Source of the DNA: an uncultured Planctomycetaceae bacterium
GTDB lineage: Bacteria; Planctomycetota; Planctomycetia; Planctomycetales; Planctomycetaceae
Assembly: GCA_963813715.1 (NCBI GenBank)
Contig: CAWFAK010000005.1
Coordinates: 928,001 to 992,000, forward strand
Direction of reading: 5' to 3'
DNA length: 64,000 nt
Position 1 is the stretch's first letter. Every line of letters starts with the position of its first letter. This document shows positions 56,201-64,000 of the stretch, piece after piece. The notes beneath the pieces are model-generated. The model made no database searches and was not told the DNA's origin. It saw only the letters and a list, made by a program, of their open reading frames with translations. Both the position numbers and the translations under genes were made by a program.

Positions 56201-59200
56201 CGGAACGACGTTTGGTCACGCGACGGCTCTGGGCGCCGCCGGCGTCGGCGCCGCGGACTTTTCCTTGACGCCTCCCTTTGGCGTCACGCCGGCGGAGGGC
56301 GAGAACTTCTCCTCGAGCGGTTTCGGCACCGAGTTCCTCTTCAGTCAGAACGGCACCCCGCTGTCGAGTCCCCAAGTGCGCCAAGAGCCGATGTTCACCG
56401 GCGTCGACGGCGACTTCCTGAATGTCACGGGAACGACCGAATTCACGCCATTCTTCGGCACCTCGGCCGCCGCTCCCAGCGTGGCGGGCGTCGCCGCGCT
56501 GATGTTGCAAGAGGGGGGCGGCGCGGGAACGCTCTCGCCCACCACGATCTACTCTCTGCTGGAAAACACGGCCCAGCCGACGGTCGGAGATTCCGCCGGC
56601 TGGAACGGAAACTATGGGTTCGGCCTGGTCAATGGCGACGCGGCGGTCCAAGCCGTGCAAACCGCGCCCAAGAACGCTGTGCCCAGCGCCACCCTCTCGG
56701 TGACGAACAACCCGTTCGCCGAGAACGGCGGCACGACGCAGGTCGTGGCGACGTTGTCGAAGCCGGCCACCGCCCCGGTCATCATCAATCTGCAATTCAG
56801 CGGCACGGCGACGTTCGGCACGCAATACTCCGTCTCCGCGAGCCAGATCTTCATCGCCCCCGGCCAGACTTCGGGAAGCATCACGATCACGGGCATCGAA
56901 GATCATGCGACCACGGCGGACGAAACGGTCATCGTCAGCATCTTCTCGATTCAGAATGCGACCATCGCGGGCGGCTCGCAGTCGGTGACGATCATCCGAG
57001 CCGACGACGATGTGCCGGAGATTTTCCTCTCGGTGGCTGGGGGATTCGGCCCCAACAACAACGCGTTCGACGAAACCGGCGGTTCTCTGGAATTAGCAGC
57101 CAGCCTCACCGAGCCGTTTTCGCAGCCGCTCCTCGTCACTCTCGGCTTCTCAGGAAGCGCGATCCTGGGGACGAATTACTCAGTTGGCTCGACCACGCTC
57201 GTGATCCCGGCCGGTTCGCTCGGGGGCTTTGGTTCCAACCCCATCCCTCCCTCGGAGACCATTCTCACCGGAATCACGAACCCGATTCCGGACCTGGCGA
57301 CCGCCTCGGTCTTCATCACGATCGAAAGCGTCCAAATCGATACCGCTCCCTTTCCGATTGCGAATATCAAGGACGTTGTCGGCGGCACCACGGTCGCGGC
57401 CTTGGCGGTCGACAACTTCGTCACCAGCAACCCGACGGGGTCAAACCCGGTTGTTTCGCTGCCGACCGTCACGGGGACGACCATCAGCGACAACGGTGGC
57501 ACAGCCACGATTACCATCTCGCAATCGGTCCTTTCGCAGACTACGACGGCCGTTCAGCTCTTGTTCTCCGGAACCGGCATCAACGCTGCCAATGACTCCC
57601 TCCCGCCGAACAGTCTCGGCGGGCCCAATTACGACGTCACTGACGCCAATGGGAACGAGTTGGGCAACGGATTCGGACCTACCGGATAGCCACTTGACGA
57701 CACCGTTTTCATCGACCGGGGGACGACCAGCACCACGATCACGGTGACGGGCCTTAACAACTTCGAGGTCGCCGGAAATTACACGCTGGTGATTACGCTG
57801 GGCTCAGTCGAGAACGCCCATGCGTCGGCGACCGCCAACTCCGACACCGTCACGATCGTCAACACGAACACGCAGCCGGCGGTCACGCTGGGTATCTCGC
57901 AAAAGACGTTCACGGCGGGCGGCGAGACAATCGTCACCGCTTCGCTCCCGCCCAACACCACGACCAACGGCCAGGTCGTCGTCAACCTGTCGTTTACCGG
58001 AACGGCGACCCCGAACCTCGACTACAGCGTGACGGGAGGCTTCAATCAGCCCATTCTCGGGGCGGCCACCGATGTGATCATCATTCCGTTTGGCCAGAAC
58101 AGCGGCAGCGTGGTGCTCACCGGGCTCAACGATGACTTGAACCGCAGCGAAACGACGGTTGTGGTCGGCATCGCCAGCGTCACCAACGCCGTGGTCGCGG
58201 GCACGCCGACGGTCATGGCCAACTACGTCAATCCAAACGTGCCGGTCACCTTCTCGACAGAGAATGCCGTCACGGCCCAGGGAGGCGTCGCCGCCGTCCA
58301 GGTGTTCATGTCTCGTACGCTGCCCTTCCAGGTGAGCGTGAATTACACGATCGCGAACGGCACCGCGTTCGAAGGGGCAGAATACTTGTTCCCCGCCGGC
58401 GGCTCGCAGGGTACTCTGGTGTTCGCGCCCGGCACGACCGTGCAGACCATTTATATCGACACCATTCCGCTCGGACCGGGTCTTCCGTCGCTGCCGGCGT
58501 CAACCAATTTCAGCGTCACGCTGAGCGGCGCCTCGCTCGACGTGCCTCGCCTCGGCCGCTCCCTCGGGAGTGGGCGTCACCGTTAACCCCAACAGTAGCG
58601 TCTCCACAGTCTCGATTCTCGAAACGAGCGTGGTGAACTCCAACACGCTTGCGGTGTCGCTGCAACAGCCCAACGGCAACTCGCCTCCGGATATCGCCGC
58701 CGCCGTCGGCATGCCGACTCCCCCCCAGGGCACGACCCCGGCGATCGACGCCGAGCATTGTCGTCATGACGAACGACCAATACACGGTCTACGACTACAC
58801 CACGGGCTTCACTGTCACGCAAACCACGCTGGATGCCTTCTGGACGAGCGCCGGAATTGCGGCCACGAGCCTCACCGGCGACGCGCTCGATCCGCGGATC
58901 GTGTTCGATCCGGTGCTGCGATCGGTTCTTCGCCGTCGCCCTCAACCCGGCGGGAGCGGCCAACAACAACGTCCTGTTTGCCGTCTCGAAGACGCAAAAC
59001 GCGCTCGGAGCTTGGAACGCCTTCACGCTGCCGGTCGACCCGGTGGCCAAGCAGAATACGGCGACTGCCGTCGCCCTGGGCTTCGACACAAGCGGAATCT
59101 ACATCACTGCCGACACCCTCAATACGCTGACGGGTGCCACCGGGGAAACGGGCTTCTCGATTCCCATCGTCGACTTCAACAATGACGGGGCGGCGACGAC

Positions 59201-62200
59201 CAACTTCACGCAGTATTTCAACATTCCGTCCGGTGCCGAGTTGCAGCCCGAGAGCAATCTGAATCCGTTCGTGTCGCAGCCGGAAAGCCTGCTCTCTGGC
59301 GACGCGACCACTCCCAACGACCTGTTGAGTTTCATCATCGCAGGCGCGCAGAACCCCAACGCGGCGATTTCGTCCCCGACCGATATTCCCGTCTCGACGA
59401 TTACCAACCCGCCCAACGCTCAACAGGAAGGCACGGCCACCACAATCTCGACAGGTCTCGCCGGCTTCTCCGGAAGCATCACGCAAGTCGGCACCGATAT
59501 CTGGGCTGTGGAAACGGTCGCCGACCCGACCTCGGGCCTTTCCGATATTCGCTGGTATGAGCTGCGCGACACCAGCGGCACGCTCGCCATCGAGCAGACC
59601 GGCCTGATCAGCAGCCCGACTATCAGCTACTACAACGCGTCGGTCGCTGCGTCGAGCTCCAGGCCGGGGGCGGCGGGGATCAGGTCGTGATCGGCTTCAC
59701 CGGCTCCGATAAGAATCAGTTCGCCAGTGCCTACGCCGCGATCGGCGACACGGTCGGCACGGGCGCCAACCAAACGACAACGTTTACCGCGCCAGTCCTG
59801 CTGGCAGTCGGGGCGGGCAGCTACAACGTGCCCGTCAACGGTGCCAACGCCTGGGGCAGCTATAGCGCCACCGTGTTCGATCCCAACGTCGAATCATTCG
59901 GATCCACCGCCGGTGAGTCTGGCGCAGTAACCGGCGCCACCAATGCGTCCCCCATCGTGATTACCACCGGCTCCACCTTCGGGCTCGTGACGGGCGAGGT
60001 TGTCACAATTAGCGGCGTTGGCGGCAACACCGCCGCCAATGGAACCTTCACCATCACCGTCCTGAGCGCGACCACGTTCCAGCTCAATGGCAGCACGGGA
60101 AATGGGACCTACACCAGTGGCGGTATCTGGACTTTACCACCGAGAGCCGCCACGTTCTGGACCTTCCAGGAATTCGCTTCGGCGCCCAATGTTTGGAGCG
60201 TCGAGATGGCCGAGGTCACAGTCGCTCTGCCGCAGGCCACGCTGCCGACGGTCGATCTGAACATCAGCACAACTTCGATCGGGGAGAACCTTGGCCCAAC
60301 GGCGACGGTGATGGCAATCCTGAGCGCGCCGGCTACCGACGACGTCGAGGTCACGCTCAACTTCAGCGGAACGGCAACCGAGAACGCGCAGTACTCGGCG
60401 ACCGCCCAGACCATCTTTATCCCGGCCGGCTCTATTAGCGGCTCGATCGTCCTCAGCGGCCTGCAAGTCGACACCGAGGGCTTCCCGACGCTCACCATCA
60501 GCATTAACCAGGCCTCGCTGTTTAACGCCACGCCGGGAAACACGACCTCCGTTTCGGCGACGGTCGAAGACATTGATCCCGTGGCGGCGGGCAACATTTC
60601 CGGTGAGGTCTATAACGACCTCAACTTCTCCGGCACCCTGCAGGCGGGCGATCCGGGCATCGGCAACGTGCTGGTGTTCCTCGACAAGAACAACAATGGC
60701 ACGTTCAACGTGGCGAACGATCCGTACATCTTCACGAGTGCGGCGGGCGCGGCCCAGGGCGACTACACGTTCTTCGGCCTCGCCAGCGGCTCCGACAACG
60801 TCTTCCAAGTTCCGCCGTCATCGTTCAGCCAGACTCAGCCCGCGCCCGGCACCGGATACATTGGCATTAGTCCGCCGGCCTCCAACATCAACTTCGGCGA
60901 CGCTCAGATCACCAATCCGAACGCCAGCGTTTCGGTCAACATCCCGCAGATCACCGACGACAAGTCGAGCGGCACGCTGACGATTAAATTGGCGCAGGGG
61001 ACCGCTGTCCCCGTGGCCCTGACGATTCTCGTTGGCGGTTTGGCGCCCTTCACCGATTACACGTTGACTGGGCCGAGTGGCACCGTCACGTTGTCGGCGG
61101 CGTCGGACACCTTCGTCGCGACGATTCCGGCCGGTAAGACCTCCGTCGCGTACACGATCACGGCCAACGCCGACAGCACCAACACCGACGAAACGATCAC
61201 CTTCCGGGTGGTCAACGTCTCCAACGCCACGCTGACCGGTGCTTCACAGGTCGAGACGTCGATCGTGACTCCATCGGGCTCGCCCGCTCTGGTCATCGAC
61301 AGCCCGACGCAGCTTTCCAGCACTGGTTTGAACGCCGGGCTTCTCGTTCGGTTCGCCGACGCTGACCTTCCAGGCCGGCGACCAGCCCGACTACATGATC
61401 GAGGCCGACCTGAGCGGCAACGGCGTGCCGGACCTGGTCGTGGCGAACTCGCAAGCCAGCTCGATCACGGTGATTCTCAATCCCGCGAGCGCCAGCCCCA
61501 CGGTCAAGACGTACAGCGTCGGCCCAAATCCGACCGGCATCGTGGCGGCCGACTTCAACAACGACGGTGCATTGGACCTGGCCGTCTCCACGTCGACCGG
61601 CGTCACCATTCTCGAGAATAACGGCTACGGTGGGTTCACCTCGACGGGTTCCTACGCGGCCGGCAGCGCACCGTCGGCCGTGACAGCGGGTGACTTCAAC
61701 GGCAACGGGTTGATGGACCTCGCGGTCGCCAACGCCAACTCGAACAACGTTTCGATCCTGTATGGCAACGGCAACATGACCTTCAAGGCCGCCGTCAACA
61801 TCGCCGTCGGCTCCAGCCCGACCGATATCAAGGCGGCCAACCTGGCCAACAACGGCATCACCGATCTGGTTGTGGCCAACAACGGCTCGGCCAGCCCCGG
61901 CGTGACGGTGCTGCTGAATAACGGCAGCGGCACGTTCACGGCGACCACTTACACCGCCGGCGTGCAGCCGCACTCGCTCGCGATTGCGGACTTCACCGGC
62001 AACGGCGACCTCGACATCGCGGTCACCAACGTCGGTAACGCTCCGGATGAGCCGGGCAACATCAACACGGTGACGGTGCTGATGGGTAACGGCAAGGGCC
62101 AGTTCACCTCGGTGCCGCTGCCGCTCGCCGGTCAGCCGCTGCCCGCGGGAACGTACGCGGCCGGCCCGTCGGTCTTCAGCATCGCCGCGGGCGACGTCAA

Positions 62201-63050
62201 CGGCGACGGCCTGCCGGATCTCATCGTGGGCAACAACGGCGTCGGCAACAACTCAATCAGCATCCTGACGAACAACGGCAACGGCACCTTCGCGGCCCCG
62301 CAGCAGGTTTCGGCCGGCAGCGGCAACCTGGTCGAGTCGGTCGTCGCGGGCGACTTCTACGGCAACGGAGCCGTCGACATCGCCTCGGCCAACTCGTTCG
62401 GCACGGCCGGCGTCAACGGCGTGACGATCTTCCAGAACACCGACGTTCCCGCTTCGCTGATCTTCCACGTCTACTTGAGCCACCCGGCCACCTCGACCGT
62501 GACCGTGAACTACGCGACGCAGAACGGAACGGCCACCGCCTACACCGACTACACGCCGGTGAGCGGCACGCTCCGCTTCTCGGCGGGAACCACGGTCGAA
62601 ACGGTCGCCGTCCCCATCCTGCCGGGAGCGGGCAACAACGTCTCGGTGATCCTGCAGCTCTCGGGTGCGACCTCCAACGCTCCGATCCAGATCGGCACGG
62701 GCGTCGGCACCATCAATCCGCTGGCTCCGGCTGCCAGCTCGGCGACTGCGTCGGTCAGCAGCGGCAACCTGGTCGTCAACGATGCGACGCAGCACGACTC
62801 GCTGCAGTTCGTGCAGCTCTCGTCGGGAACGGTGGAAGTGCTCGTCAACGGCGAGGAGCTCGGCATCTACACCGGCGTGACCGGCCAGGTCCAACTGACG
62901 ACGCCGCAAGGCCTCGACAACATCTACGTCGACGAAGAGATCACGGAGGCCGGCACGGTCACCAACTCCGGTGTGACCGTCAACAGCAGCTTCGGAGACT
63001 TTATGTTCGCCGAACTCGTCAACGGCAAGAACTGGCTGCTGCAAGCCTGA
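53211..63050 (+). CDS. Giant (~3,280 aa) planctomycete surface protein: LEPRxLL leader, 3 PKD-like domains, DNRLRE-like domain, S8/S53-like protease, Calx-beta-like repeats, SdrD-B-like domain, FG-GAP propeller (frameshifted)
   Basis: AAEHLEDRTLLS; VSAG.NQ...WS.VSGPG repeats; FQQGTNGYTGASDSYI...NYGMII; GVISDS/DEGRAM/SAAGN/FFGTSAAAP; ISGEVYNDLN...VFLDKNNNG; DFNNDGALDLAV repeats. ORFs 53211..57689, 57744..58586, 58570..59130, 58833..59690, 59687..61621 and 61395..63050 join with no intergenic gaps. Confidence 0.75.
53383..53478 (+). repeat. Gly-Ser/Thr dipeptide linker (GTGTGSGSGSGS...)
   Basis: Degenerate 6-bp tandem units with synonymous variation. Confidence 0.8.
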
Positions 63051-63062
63051 GCCAGCTCGACC

Positions 63063-63110
63063 AAAAAACTCAAGCGGCCTGCCGCGTCAACGGCAGGCCG
63101 CTTGTTTGTT
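63063..63110. terminator. Likely bidirectional intrinsic terminator
   Basis: A-run, CAAGCGGCCTGCCG-CGTCAA-CGGCAGGCCGCTTG, TTTGTT, between convergent genes. Confidence 0.85.
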
Positions 63111-63183
63111 ACCCGTCGAACGTCACACCGCGCGTGACTCGCACGGCGGGTGACGGCTTGGGTCGACCGTCAACGCCAACGGG

Positions 63184-63495
63184 TTACCGCCAGTGGCGGC
63201 GGTAGTAGTACGGACGCCCGTAGCGCCCGTAAACAACTACCCCCGGATTGACGACGACCGGCGCAGGCGCGACGTAAGCGGCCGACGGCGCATAGTACCC
63301 TGGCCCGCCATAGTAGCCCGGCGCCCCGTAGTAGTACGGAGCCGGGGCCGGGTACACCGGGGCGGGTCCGTAAACCGGGCCGACAGGCACGGTCACTCCC
63401 ACGCCAACTCCCACCCCGGCTTGAGCCGTCGATGGCTGGGTCGCCACCGCCAGGCCCACCAACGAAACACATCCCAACGACAACAAGGTCTTCAT
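63184..63495 (-). CDS. Small secreted Pro/Tyr/Gly-rich protein
   Basis: GAGGAAAGGG-like RBS; signal peptide ending STAQA; PVYGPAPVYPAPAPYYYG repeats; basic C-terminus. Confidence 0.8.
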   Translation of the reverse strand: MKTLLSLGCVSLVGLAVATQPSTAQAGVGVGVGVTVPVGPVYGPAPVYPAPAPYYYGAPGYYGGPGYYAPSAAYVAPAPVVVNPGVVVYGRYGRPYYYRRHWR

Positions 63496-63721
63496 TGTCC
63501 TGCCCTTTCCTCAGTGAAGAGCCTGCGAGAAAAATTCCGCTCCTCACTTGTGATTATACCTCTGATCTCGAAGCCGGCTCGAGATCGGAAAGGTCGACCG
63601 TGAAGGATCGCGCGGAGACTCGAGGGGACGCGCGACTTCTAGAGTCTGCGCAAAGAAAGACAGGCCCCGGTCTTCAGGTAGATCGGGACCTGTCGGAAAA
63701 GTTCGCCAAAAAGGGTCGTCG

Positions 63722-64000
63722 CTATGCAGCCTGTTCGGCCGCCCACTGCGCGAGGATCTCGGCATTCATTGCCGTGAGATCTTCGCTCCACTCGAAGTCG
63801 CGCGTCACCATTTCGCGGGTGCCAATGCCGTTGCGATAGGCGGCTGCGACCACGCCCGCAGTGAGCACGGGACCCATCAGGCGCGGCAGCGGATCGGACC
63901 AGAGAAACTCGTTCGTCGAGCGCGCCCCGAAGAAATGGCGGCACCACTCGCCGGCGCCGGGGAAGCTCTTCGTATGTCGAAACAGCGTGCAGAAGAGCCA
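63722..64000 (-). CDS. 3' end of a gene starting outside the window (possibly ATP-grasp family)
   Basis: Open minus frame WLFCTLFRHTKSF...EFLWSDPLPRLMG...RDFEWSEDL...EQAA*; family guess rests only on the WSDPLP-type tail. Confidence 0.45.
   Translation of the reverse strand, partial: WLFCTLFRHTKSFPGAGEWCRHFFGARSTNEFLWSDPLPRLMGPVLTAGVVAAAYRNGIGTREMVTRDFEWSEDLTAMNAEILAQWAAEQAA

Overview
GC-rich bacterial DNA, almost certainly from a planctomycete (DUF1559/H-X9-DG prepilin-like gene, LEPRxLL-type leader). Many genes are broken by 1-2 nt indels, including the housekeeping genes serS and dapL, so I treat these as probable assembly errors and rebuilt genes across ORF fragments. Frameshift positions are approximate. 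The main element is a ~22 kb minus-strand type IV pilus/T2SS-like locus (3847-25503): pilB-pilT-pilB-pilC, five pilin-like genes, a ~2,080-aa PilX/GspK-like giant and a DUF1559 prepilin. Five consecutive pilin-like proteins carry seven divergent copies of one ~55-70 aa Trp-bracketed module that resembles CBM5/12 and phage structural-protein modules; this is the most notable finding. The rest of the window holds an inositol monophosphatase, two huge modular membrane proteins, dapL, an FHA protein, an M20 dipeptidase, serS, malQ, an S41 peptidase, a lone eboE, a His/Pro-rich DUF11-like protein, a BNR/sialidase-like protein and a ~3,280-aa surface protein with an S53-like protease and nested domain insertions. 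I saw no rRNA, tRNA, CRISPR array or mobile element. All family calls come from motif recognition by eye, not database searches.
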